DNA from: an uncultured archaeon
GTDB taxonomy: Archaea; Asgardarchaeota; Thorarchaeia; Thorarchaeales; Thorarchaeaceae
Assembly: GCA_964354495.1 (NCBI GenBank)
Contig: CAYHAA010000004.1
Location: forward strand, 120,001-152,000
DNA: 32,000 bases
Reading direction: 5' to 3'
Notes under the pieces: generated by a model
What the model saw: the letters and a program-made list of their open reading frames with translations, nothing else
What the model was told of the DNA's origin: nothing
Database searches by the model: none
Program-made: the position numbers and the translations under genes
Shown here: piece by piece, positions 17,379 to 26,439 of the stretch
Numbering within the stretch: the first letter of the stretch is position 1
Layout of the letters: each line of letters begins with the position of its first letter

Positions 17379-18110
17379 ATGGTGAAGCGCGTGAAAGAGG
17401 AAACTAGTACACCACTATTGTCGCCACTATATCCAGGACCGCCGTATCACTATGTAGATGCAAAGCTCTTCCTAGCATTATTCAACCCGACAGAAGAGTC
17501 GGTGCGGGCTCTACTCCCCGAGCCTCTTAGGCCATCACAGATGCCGCTTGCGGGACTTCTCTTCGCGGAACAACCGTGCAAAGAGGCGGGTACATTCATG
17601 GAGTCAGGCATGCTTGTCCAATGCATGTTCGATAATCCCAAGACAAAGGAGGAGGAGGTCGGTGTCTACTTCTGCTACAACTATGTCGACACAGACGTTG
17701 CTCAGGCTGCAGGCAGGGAGATCTGGGGATATCCACGCAAACGCGCGAAGATATCGCTGGACTGGAAGAAGGACACTCTAGTTGCCACGACACGAAGGGA
17801 TGGTGTGACAATTCTCAAGGCGAAATGCACACTGAACGATGATGGAGAGTGGATTGACAGCGGTCCAAATATCAACATCAAGATCATTCCTAGTGTAACA
17901 GGCAAAGGACATGATCTAGCGGTAGTCACCGCCGCATATCTCAAGTACGACATAAAGAAAGGGCGTTCTGGTGAGGTAGCAGTCGAGTTCAAGAACGGAC
18001 CTCATGATGATTTCTCAAAGGTCGTCATTGAGAGCAATATGATTGGACTCTACTTTGACTGTGATATACTGGTCCCTGAAGGGATTATCGTTGGCAAAGT
18101 CAAGGTCTAA
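17379..18110 (+). CDS. Acetoacetate decarboxylase-like (ADC superfamily) protein
   Basis: LLPEPL, ESGMLV, and GREIWGYPRKRA (family motif GRExWGxPKK). Start is probably ATG 17379; the track gives 17316. Confidence 0.8.
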   Translation: MVKRVKEETSTPLLSPLYPGPPYHYVDAKLFLALFNPTEESVRALLPEPLRPSQMPLAGLLFAEQPCKEAGTFMESGMLVQCMFDNPKTKEEEVGVYFCYNYVDTDVAQAAGREIWGYPRKRAKISLDWKKDTLVATTRRDGVTILKAKCTLNDDGEWIDSGPNINIKIIPSVTGKGHDLAVVTAAYLKYDIKKGRSGEVAVEFKNGPHDDFSKVVIESNMIGLYFDCDILVPEGIIVGKVKV

Positions 18111-19829
18111 CTAGAGATAATCTGATGCCTCGATGGTCTGAAGTTTGCGACCGGATTTTCCTATGTAGGAACGCATGATCTGAATGCAAATCAGGGCGAA
18201 CAGGGGCATTACAAGATAGCTGAATATTGGACTCAAGAGGATACCAAGTCCTAAGATGGCACCAACGCCCACAAATCCGATCATATTAGGCAGAAGATGA
18301 GCTCGAGCCATCGCCCACGTACCTCTGATGGGCATCTGTACGGCTGCACCTCGTTGCCTAGTTATATTTCTCTGGGCCTTGAAGTCACCGCCGGTAGCGG
18401 CAGAGTAGGATGCAATGCCTCCTGATGCCAATGTGAGAAAGATGCTAGAGATGATGACTGCAGGGATATAGATCCAGAGTGAGGGTTGAACAAAGAGGAC
18501 AAGGACAGAAGCAATCCCTGTGGCAATCGCTGTGAATGGAACAGCGCTGAAGACCTTGCCTTTGACATAGTCAGTAAGACTCGCCGGGGCGAGCTGCAGA
18601 TTCATCAAGTTCTTTCCCTCATAGACCAACTCATAGCCTGCAAAATACACGCCATAGGAGACTGCGAACGGAATCATGGCAGAGATGATGATGAACGGAG
18701 CAAATCCTGCCAGATTTCCGCCAGGTGCCAAGAAGATCAAAAAGAACCAGAGAACTGTTCGCATCGGGCCCACAAGATAGTTCGCCAAGACCCGTCCCTC
18801 ACGTCTGACGGAGGTCGTGTTGTACCACATTGAAACACTGGTGGTCGTACTCATCTTCAATAGTGGGAGATCTGATGGGTTCCAGACAGTGTGAGTGATC
18901 TTTACCTCAGTCTTGGATGACCTCTTGGAGCCACTTGCAAGCCAACCACTATAATGTGCTGTTTCACTCACGATAGCGTTTGCATAGATCAGCATTATTG
19001 ATATCAGCATGAAGAGAACAGCAAGCAGAATATCGACCAGATTGATGGGTAGATTCACAATTGGTCTGATAGTGACTGCATTCATTGCGCCGCCGGGGCT
19101 GAAGTCAGAAGACAACCCTATCTGCTGGGCGAACTGAAGAATCACTGCAAAGAAGCCCTCTAGACCAGAGTCAGATGCGAAAAGAGAGTAATAGTAGAGT
19201 GTACCGATCATGATCGACACCGAAGTTCCCAAGAACCACCCAATCTGCTTGAGCCTCCGCCGACCTGCAAGGAATCGTGATATGGTCAATCCAATGAGGC
19301 CACCAAGAGCGACGCCCAGAGTGATATTTACAATAAGCATCACGAGAAACACGGGAATGGATAGCAGTGCGAGTGGAGCTGTTGATGATACTGCTAGTCC
19401 AATGACTATGGGTGTTCCGATGACCAAATAGATCAGGGCATTGTAGAAAATCACGACTATTGTCTTCTCTAGAAACAGGGTCCTGAGGGACACGGGCATG
19501 CACATGAGATACTCCATTTTCGAGGAATTCGCCACAGTCGAAACACTGACTGCGATTGAACCCATGAAGGAAACGATTACGATGAAATTGAACAGTGTCG
19601 CTCCAAAGTCAATACCATTGATGATTGCAGACCGGAAGAAACTCCACCCAAGAACCTTTACCATGGAAACAATACCCCAAAAAGCGACTACTGCAAAAGT
19701 GATTGCAGCCACATAACGTAAGGAACTCCTGAACAGACTACGTTTCTTTGATCTCAATCCCTTTACATTTCTGACCCGTAGAATGCTACCAAGGTCGTGC
19801 CTGATGAGAATCAGGAGGTCTTCGAGCAA
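18111..19829 (-). CDS. Putative ABC exporter permease (ABC-2-like, about 12 or more TM)
   Basis: Highly hydrophobic 572 aa with YLMCMPVS...LFLEK and an internal second repeat (LQLAPAS...KGK). The TTG start directly follows the ATPase stop. Confidence 0.78.
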   Translation of the reverse strand: MLEDLLILIRHDLGSILRVRNVKGLRSKKRSLFRSSLRYVAAITFAVVAFWGIVSMVKVLGWSFFRSAIINGIDFGATLFNFIVIVSFMGSIAVSVSTVANSSKMEYLMCMPVSLRTLFLEKTIVVIFYNALIYLVIGTPIVIGLAVSSTAPLALLSIPVFLVMLIVNITLGVALGGLIGLTISRFLAGRRRLKQIGWFLGTSVSIMIGTLYYYSLFASDSGLEGFFAVILQFAQQIGLSSDFSPGGAMNAVTIRPIVNLPINLVDILLAVLFMLISIMLIYANAIVSETAHYSGWLASGSKRSSKTEVKITHTVWNPSDLPLLKMSTTTSVSMWYNTTSVRREGRVLANYLVGPMRTVLWFFLIFLAPGGNLAGFAPFIIISAMIPFAVSYGVYFAGYELVYEGKNLMNLQLAPASLTDYVKGKVFSAVPFTAIATGIASVLVLFVQPSLWIYIPAVIISSIFLTLASGGIASYSAATGGDFKAQRNITRQRGAAVQMPIRGTWAMARAHLLPNMIGFVGVGAILGLGILLSPIFSYLVMPLFALICIQIMRSYIGKSGRKLQTIEASDYL

Positions 19830-19831
19830 GA

Positions 19832-20590
19832 CTACTCACCCAAGAACTCTGCAATCTTCTGCATGTCAGGTCCGCCCGTAAGGTCGAGAAAGATGGCCTC
19901 AAGAGACTGCTGGCCTTTTGCCTTCGTTCGGAGCTCGTCCATTGTGCCCTCAGCAATCATTTTTCCGTGATCGATGATCCCAATACGGCCACACATGCGT
20001 TCGGCTATCTCAAGAATATGAGTACTCATGAGTATGGTGTTTCCTCTATCCCTCAGACCAACAAGAATCTCTTTAATTGTCGCGGCACCACGAGGGTCAA
20101 TCCCTGCCTGGACTTCATCAAGAATCAGAATCTTCGGACTGTGAATCAACGCAGCCACCAAGCTGATTTTTCTGGACATTCCCTTGGAATAGGTCTCAAT
20201 CAGGTCATCACTGGCGTCTTTGATGTCTAGGAGTGTCAGGAGATCATCAATCTCCTTGTCCCGCTCAGAGCCTCGAGCGACTCTCCAAATATCGCTGACG
20301 TAGTTGATATACTCCCATCCTGTCAATCGCTCGGGCAAAACCGGTTCTTCAGGGACGTAGCCCATGGACCGCTTTGCCTCCACTGTGTGTTGTTGAACAT
20401 CAAATCCATTAATGCGCGCGGTCCCTGCGGTAGGCTTGAGAAGGCCGAGTAGCATCTTCATGGTGGTGGATTTGCCCGATCCATTTGGCCCGAGCAGTCC
20501 GTAAATCTCACCCGGGCTCACCTGAAATGAGAGGCCATCGACAGCGACAAATTCGCTGAACTGTTTTGTCAATGCAACTGCTTCTATCAT
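19832..20590 (-). CDS. ABC transporter ATP-binding protein
   Basis: Walker A GPNGSGKST, signature YSKGM, Walker B ILILDE and H-loop STH. ATG 20590 (MIEAVAL) is preferred. Confidence 0.93.
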   Translation of the reverse strand: MIEAVALTKQFSEFVAVDGLSFQVSPGEIYGLLGPNGSGKSTTMKMLLGLLKPTAGTARINGFDVQQHTVEAKRSMGYVPEEPVLPERLTGWEYINYVSDIWRVARGSERDKEIDDLLTLLDIKDASDDLIETYSKGMSRKISLVAALIHSPKILILDEVQAGIDPRGAATIKEILVGLRDRGNTILMSTHILEIAERMCGRIGIIDHGKMIAEGTMDELRTKAKGQQSLEAIFLDLTGGPDMQKIAEFLGE

Positions 20591-20659
20591 CAGTATCTGT
20601 TGTTGGGGTTTCTCAAAGTGATTTATGCCTTGGCATTGAACTGGTGTTTGTTGTTCGGA

Positions 20660-20671
20660 AATCATTATAAG
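20660..20671 (+). promoter_or_regulatory. TATA box of a leaderless lplA promoter
   Basis: TTATAA at 20665-20670, preceded by the purine-rich CGGAAA and lying about 25 nt upstream of ATG 20695. Confidence 0.6.
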
Positions 20672-20694
20672 AACCAGAAGACGGGTTTCAAATC

Positions 20695-21792
20695 ATGCCG
20701 CTCGAAAGCTGGAGACTTCTGGATATTGGCGCAATCGATCCGCTACAGACACAGATCATCTACGATATGGTTGCTCAAGGAATCACAGAGGGAGAGTCTG
20801 AGAACACCCTGATAATCTGTTGGCCGGCCAAACCATTGGTAAGTCTGGGCTATTTTCAGGAGATAGAGCTGGACATCGATACCAAGTTCTGCAGAGAGAA
20901 TAACATTGTGTTCACTCGACGGGTCATCGGCGGAGGCGGGGTCTATCTTGATGATGGTCAGATGTTCTATCAGCTGATTGGTAGAATTGACAGTCCAACA
21001 ACCCCTAAGAGGATTGACGACTACTATCGAAAGTTCTTGTTGGCTCCAGTTCAGGCATACAGGAATCTAGGAATTGAGGCAGAGTTCAAACCCGTGAATG
21101 ATCTCATTGCAAACGGAAAGAAGATATCAGGAAATGGCGCAGGAGATGTTGGCGATGCCCGAATCCTCACAGGTAACCTGATCTTGGATTTTAATTTCGA
21201 TATGATGGTGAAGGTCCTGAGAGTTCCGGATGAGAAGTTCAGAGACAAGGTTGCAAAGAGTCTCCGTGAGCGGATGACGACGATTCTCTTGGAAACCGGG
21301 TCAATGCCAGACCGGAAAGAGGTCAAAGAGGACCTTATCAGGCTCTATGAGGAAACCCTCGATATTGAACTCAATCGTGGCAAACTCACAAGATGGGAGA
21401 GAGGGAGAATGGCACAGCTGCGACCGAAATATCTCTCAGATGAATGGCTCCATTGGAGGCAAGGACAGCGGCTCACTGATGCAAAGACTGTGAGAATATC
21501 TGCAACGACAAGCGTGGGAACAGCCAACCACAAGGCTCCAGGAGGTCTCATCAGAGCCACTATAGAGAGAGTCGATGACAAGGTGAATGCGATTACTGTC
21601 AGTGGTGACTTCTTCATGTTACCAAATGAGGCTATCTCGCAACTTGAAAAGAAAGTCATTGGCACGTCTATTGAAGGCGATGCAATCATCAATCGCATCA
21701 AATCGGCCTATAGTGAATACAACATCGAGTCTCCGGGAGTGACACCTGAAGACATTGAAACAGCTATACGGTTGGCGATTGAAAAGGACTAG
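20695..21792 (+). CDS. lplA: Lipoate-protein ligase A with C-terminal domain
   Basis: LVSLGYFQ, RRVIGGGGVYLD, NDLIANGKKISGNG, and a C-terminal KAPGGLI...SGDFF domain. Confidence 0.88.
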   Translation: MPLESWRLLDIGAIDPLQTQIIYDMVAQGITEGESENTLIICWPAKPLVSLGYFQEIELDIDTKFCRENNIVFTRRVIGGGGVYLDDGQMFYQLIGRIDSPTTPKRIDDYYRKFLLAPVQAYRNLGIEAEFKPVNDLIANGKKISGNGAGDVGDARILTGNLILDFNFDMMVKVLRVPDEKFRDKVAKSLRERMTTILLETGSMPDRKEVKEDLIRLYEETLDIELNRGKLTRWERGRMAQLRPKYLSDEWLHWRQGQRLTDAKTVRISATTSVGTANHKAPGGLIRATIERVDDKVNAITVSGDFFMLPNEAISQLEKKVIGTSIEGDAIINRIKSAYSEYNIESPGVTPEDIETAIRLAIEKD

Positions 21793-21836
21793 TAGTATTG
21801 GATAAGTTCATGTCATCGGGAGTCTGAACCACAAGT

Positions 21837-22808
21837 ATGCAGGTCCGACAATACCGACCTGGAGATGAGGCAACAATTGCCACAATTCACAACAGTGGAT
21901 ACGCTGCTTTCATTGACTCTCTCCCGGTCATCTATCAGTACCGACGTGCCTGTGCGGAGGAGGTTCTGGCATGGCTCGCGCCAGTGACGAACACACTATG
22001 GGTCGTGGAGTCACAGGGAAAGATCGTCGGATATGCTCAGGTGCGAATTGAAGTCGAGAGGGGAAAAGAGGACGTTCCAGTGCTTCAGTTCATGCCTGCA
22101 CGAAAATGGGACTTGGACCAGACGAATATTGCTGTCCTGCCAGCTTATCAGAGAAAGGGAGTTGGATCCTTCCTCACTGAGAACCTACTCAAGGAGTACC
22201 ATGGTATTGTGAAATTTGCAACTGCTTTGACCTTCAGTGACAACGTGGCTGGAGAGAGGCTGTTTCAGAAGCTAGGGTTTTCACAGTATGACGCCTTCTA
22301 CTATCCTCCATTCTCTGAGGAGTATCCGCTAGCTAACAGTAGTGTCTACGAATCTTTGAAGTTAGATGCGCTCACATCTCCAGACTCCCTCAACCAAGAC
22401 ATGATGTTCAGAAGGGCAGTGGTGCACGACGCACCAATCATTACGGAGATTCATCAAAACAACGTATGGTGGTGTGATGAGTGTGGCACACTAGACTGGA
22501 ATATTAGATTCATTGAGGGCAGCCTCGGACACACGGTCTTTGTGGCTGAGATTAATGGAGAGGTCGTTGGGGAGATGGACTATTACAAGGATGGCCGTAT
22601 CGGTATTGCAGGTATACTCCCTCAATTCAGGAATCAGGGAATTGGAAGTACTATGTTCTACAGAGTCATGAAGACAATGAGAGAAGCAGGCTTCAAGTTC
22701 GCCTTTGTTGACTCTGGTCTCACACAGACCGAGGCTATCAAGATGTATAAGAGGTTTGGATTCACCGTTGAAAGAAGGCAGAACTCTTGGGTCAGGAGCC
22801 TGACCTGA
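21837..22808 (+). CDS. Tandem (double) GNAT acetyltransferase
   Basis: Two GNAT units: AVLPAYQRKGVG...LFQKLGF and GILPQFRNQGIG...MYKRFGF. Confidence 0.85.
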   Translation: MQVRQYRPGDEATIATIHNSGYAAFIDSLPVIYQYRRACAEEVLAWLAPVTNTLWVVESQGKIVGYAQVRIEVERGKEDVPVLQFMPARKWDLDQTNIAVLPAYQRKGVGSFLTENLLKEYHGIVKFATALTFSDNVAGERLFQKLGFSQYDAFYYPPFSEEYPLANSSVYESLKLDALTSPDSLNQDMMFRRAVVHDAPIITEIHQNNVWWCDECGTLDWNIRFIEGSLGHTVFVAEINGEVVGEMDYYKDGRIGIAGILPQFRNQGIGSTMFYRVMKTMREAGFKFAFVDSGLTQTEAIKMYKRFGFTVERRQNSWVRSLT

Positions 22809-22819
22809 GGCGATTATTG

Positions 22820-23902
22820 ATGAGCGAGCCTCCATTCCGTGTCAGAGCACCAGGAAGAGTGTGTCTTTTTGGAGAGCATAGTGACTATCTGGGGCTGGAT
22901 GTAATCGCGGCTGCGATTAGCATGGAGATCGACATAACTGCAGAGCCAAGAGATGACGATGTCATTCACATTACCTATATCGATCTTGGCAAAGAAGATG
23001 CATTCACACTGGACTCTGAGATCTCATACCGAAACCGACGTGACTATTTCAGAAGTGCCTTCAATGTTATGGCACGACACGGAATTCGGCCAAACAGAGG
23101 ATGGAGTCTTCAGGTGAGGGGGAATATTCCGATGGGAGCCGGTCTCTCTAGTTCCTCAGCTATGACTGTAGGAGCAGTACTGACTATAGCAAAGATGGCA
23201 GGCTCAACCATGACTGAAAAGGCCATTGCATTGACAGCCTACGAGGCAGAGGTTGCAGAATTCGGAGAGAGTGGGGGAACCATGGACCATTATGCTTCAG
23301 CCTTTGGTGGAGTCATACATGTCAACATGGAGAACGGACATGTGACCAGACTGCCAGCAAGACTGGCATCTATCGTCATCGGCGACTCCTGTGAGAAAAA
23401 GAAAGATACTGTGGGAGACCTTCGATTCATCAGAAGCACAGTAGAGAGGGAGTATGAAGCCATCTCAGGTAAGATCCAATCCTTCAATAGAAGGGCTACC
23501 TCTGTGAATGAAGTCTATGAATTGAGCAAGCAGCCCTTAAGTAGAGAGAGAAGAATGGCTGAGGCAACACTACGAAACAGAGACCTTACCTGTCGAGCTC
23601 TTAGACTGCTCAGAAATAGGAATCCTGAGCCACACGAAATAGGAAGAATGTTAACAGAGCATCAGGAGATACTGAGAGATGGGCTGGATAGATCCACACC
23701 GAAGATAGAGAGGATGATAGAGGCATCGTTGAGCGCGGGTGCCTTGGGATGTAAGATAAACGGGAGCGGGGGTGGAGGAACGATGATGGCCTACTGCAAT
23801 GGGCAAGAGAAAGAAGTGGCATCTGCAATTGAATATGCAGGCGGAAAGACATACATCGTGGAGTTGAGCAGAGGTGCCTCCCTCAGAAGCATCAATCGAT
23901 GA
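22820..23902 (+). CDS. GHMP-family sugar kinase, galactokinase-like (substrate uncertain)
   Basis: RAPGRVCLFGEHSDY, IPMGAGLSSSSA, GTMDH and GCKINGSGGGG. ATG 22820 is preferred. Confidence 0.85.
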   Translation: MSEPPFRVRAPGRVCLFGEHSDYLGLDVIAAAISMEIDITAEPRDDDVIHITYIDLGKEDAFTLDSEISYRNRRDYFRSAFNVMARHGIRPNRGWSLQVRGNIPMGAGLSSSSAMTVGAVLTIAKMAGSTMTEKAIALTAYEAEVAEFGESGGTMDHYASAFGGVIHVNMENGHVTRLPARLASIVIGDSCEKKKDTVGDLRFIRSTVEREYEAISGKIQSFNRRATSVNEVYELSKQPLSRERRMAEATLRNRDLTCRALRLLRNRNPEPHEIGRMLTEHQEILRDGLDRSTPKIERMIEASLSAGALGCKINGSGGGGTMMAYCNGQEKEVASAIEYAGGKTYIVELSRGASLRSINR

Positions 23903-23903
23903 T

Positions 23904-25475
23904 CTATTTGCCTTCAGCAAGCTGCTTCATGCGAGCCTCGACAATCCCAAGCACCTCTTCCTTGAGTCTTCGGCCATCTGCAAGTATCTTCTCGACCTCT
24001 CTAGTAGTTTTTTCGACAAAACTCTTGGTCTTAATGTTTCCAAGATTGATGCGAACGTTCAAGGCGGCCCCCTCAATGGCAGCCATCAATGCGTGGGATG
24101 CAACGCCAGCATCAGTGATAGTGTTGATGTTGCCCTTCTCAGCGATGAGTCTTGCATGACCTAGGGCATCAAGAGACTGGCGCATGGTAGTCAGAGGCAT
24201 CTCAGCAGCATGGATTGTAGCCTTCTCCGTGGCATCAGCCTTTGCCTTCTTCTCAGCAGCAGTGCCCTCAGGCATCCTGAACGTATTCATCACGATATCG
24301 AATGCCGCAGAGTCCTTTTCAATGAGGTCCTGTAGGATACCTCGATCATATTCGCAGGCATGACGGTGCGAAAGCATCTCCTCCTTCACTCCAGCGAACT
24401 TTCTTTCTGCTAGTGACAGACCAGCAACCATGCACACAAGTCCAGCTCCAAAGGATCCCATAGCAGCAGCAACGCTACCGCCACCGGGAGTGGCACTTGC
24501 CCTTCGGACCTCATTACCGAACTCGATTAGGGACATCTCCGTGAAGGTCTTCTTTGTCGGATCCTGCGCTCCACTCAGATAGTACAGGTCGAGTATCATT
24601 GACTCCTCCAGCTTCTCAGGTTGGAGATAGTACGTGAGAGCATCAAGAAGTGCAAAGAGAGGGACCATCCCAACGATTTCGGTTTCAACAACTGTCGCAC
24701 CGAATCTGCGAGCCTCGTTTCGGACTACTTCTAGTACCTGATGAATCTTTGTCTGTCTTGGGTGAGTGAGGTTGACCGAGACTTGCACGCAGTTCTTGGT
24801 GGGAAGGTCAAGGGCTATCGCCTGCACGTTGACAAAACCGCCGGTTGTTCCTCGAATTGCATCAGCACATGCTTTTGCGACTGAGAGATTGGTCGTACTC
24901 AAATTGAAATTGATGGCCACAAGAAAGTTCCGTGAGCCAGTGGCTGTCGCACCAGCTGTTGGGTGAATCTTATTTGGACCATAGTCAGGTGTCCTCGACG
25001 GGTCCTTGCCAATCAGGTCTCTGAGCCCTTCGAATTCGCCCTCACGTATATTTGGAAGATTAACCCGGTCAGGCCGAGTTGCAGCCTTTGAGTAGAGGTA
25101 GACAGGTACACTATGCTTCTTCGAGAACTCAGCAGCAAACTCCTTCGAGAGCTCGATACATTCACCCACTGTTGTTCCATGCAGTGGTATGAAAGGCACA
25201 ACATCGACAGCACCCATCCGTGGATGCGCACCTTGGTGTTTGGTCAGGTCAATCCTCTCAACCGCAACATCAGCAGCTTTCAGTGCGGCGGCTTTCACGC
25301 TTTGAGGCTCACCAATAAAGGTGAAGACTGAGCGATTGTGGTCCGGGTCAGATTCAATATCAAGCAGGCGGACACCTTCAATGCTCTCTATGGCCTCAGC
25401 GATAGCATCAATGACTTCCTTTCTGCGGCCTTCCGAGAAATTTGGCACACACTCGATAACTTTCACACCATTCAC
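23904..25475 (-). CDS. ftcD: Bifunctional glutamate formiminotransferase-cyclodeaminase (fused FTCD)
   Basis: FT domain: IECVPNFSEGR, DPDHNRSV and HQGAHPRMGAVDVVPF. CD domain: ATPGGGSVAA, DAGV and NVRINL. One uninterrupted 523-aa frame. Confidence 0.92.
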   Translation of the reverse strand: MNGVKVIECVPNFSEGRRKEVIDAIAEAIESIEGVRLLDIESDPDHNRSVFTFIGEPQSVKAAALKAADVAVERIDLTKHQGAHPRMGAVDVVPFIPLHGTTVGECIELSKEFAAEFSKKHSVPVYLYSKAATRPDRVNLPNIREGEFEGLRDLIGKDPSRTPDYGPNKIHPTAGATATGSRNFLVAINFNLSTTNLSVAKACADAIRGTTGGFVNVQAIALDLPTKNCVQVSVNLTHPRQTKIHQVLEVVRNEARRFGATVVETEIVGMVPLFALLDALTYYLQPEKLEESMILDLYYLSGAQDPTKKTFTEMSLIEFGNEVRRASATPGGGSVAAAMGSFGAGLVCMVAGLSLAERKFAGVKEEMLSHRHACEYDRGILQDLIEKDSAAFDIVMNTFRMPEGTAAEKKAKADATEKATIHAAEMPLTTMRQSLDALGHARLIAEKGNINTITDAGVASHALMAAIEGAALNVRINLGNIKTKSFVEKTTREVEKILADGRRLKEEVLGIVEARMKQLAEGK

Positions 25476-25542
25476 CGAGGACCGCTCGGAGCGAGCATGT
25501 AGAAAAGCATTTGGGAGAGTGTTCCTTGTACCAATAAATGGG

Positions 25543-26436
25543 TCACTTCGCCACTTGAGCAGAATAAGCGTCTAGTACATTCCGCAGAAGCATGGCGATT
25601 GTCATGGGGCCAACGCCGCCAGGGACCGGGGAGATGCACAATGCCTTTTCCTTGACATGCTTAAAATCAACATCTCCGTGGGGTGATGCAACATCGATGA
25701 CGACTGCATCCTCCTTTATCATGTCAGCAGTGATGAAGAAGGGAGCTCCCTCTGACTTCCTGCGACCAATGGCCGTGATTAGGACATCAGCCTGCCTAGT
25801 GAAATTAGCCAGATCGGCCGTGCGCGAGTGACACACAGTCACGGTGGCATTTCTGTTCAGAAGCAGGAAGATGAGCGGCTTCCCTACTATCATTGACCGA
25901 TTGACAACAACAACGTGTTTTCCCGAGAGGTCCTTCATGCCAATATGGTCCAGAATCGTGACAATACCATGGGGCGTTGCAGAACTTAGGACTTCGCTAC
26001 CATAGAACAGATTATAGATGTTCGTTGGAGAAAAACCATCCACATCCTTCAACGGGCTGATAGCTCCAATGATCGTCTTCTCGTTGATGTGGTCTGGGAG
26101 AGGGAGTTGGACAAGAATGCAGTGAACCGTACGGTCCTTGTTGAGTTGGTCTATGAGAGATAGTAGATCTCTCTGGGTGGTCTTCACAGGCAAGTCGTTG
26201 TGATCGGAGAGAATACCAGCTTCACTGCACGCCTTGCGCTTCATTCGAACGTACATCTGGGACCCCTCGTCCTCTCCGACAATCACTGTGACGAGTTTGG
26301 GAGCGATGCCATGCTTCTCTATGACTTGTTCCACCTCTTTCTTGACCTGCGCACGAAGGCGTTTTGCGAGCCTCTTTCCCATGATGACGTGATCATCGCA
26401 GATTGGTTTCTGTTCATCCTCCGACACATGACTCAC
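25543..26436 (-). CDS. folD: Methylene-THF dehydrogenase / methenyl-THF cyclohydrolase
   Basis: YVRMK (YxxxK), VQLPLP, KDVDG, NATVTVCHS and SPVPGGVGPMT. Confidence 0.95.
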   Translation of the reverse strand: MSHVSEDEQKPICDDHVIMGKRLAKRLRAQVKKEVEQVIEKHGIAPKLVTVIVGEDEGSQMYVRMKRKACSEAGILSDHNDLPVKTTQRDLLSLIDQLNKDRTVHCILVQLPLPDHINEKTIIGAISPLKDVDGFSPTNIYNLFYGSEVLSSATPHGIVTILDHIGMKDLSGKHVVVVNRSMIVGKPLIFLLLNRNATVTVCHSRTADLANFTRQADVLITAIGRRKSEGAPFFITADMIKEDAVVIDVASPHGDVDFKHVKEKALCISPVPGGVGPMTIAMLLRNVLDAYSAQVAK

Positions 26437-26439
26437 CTA

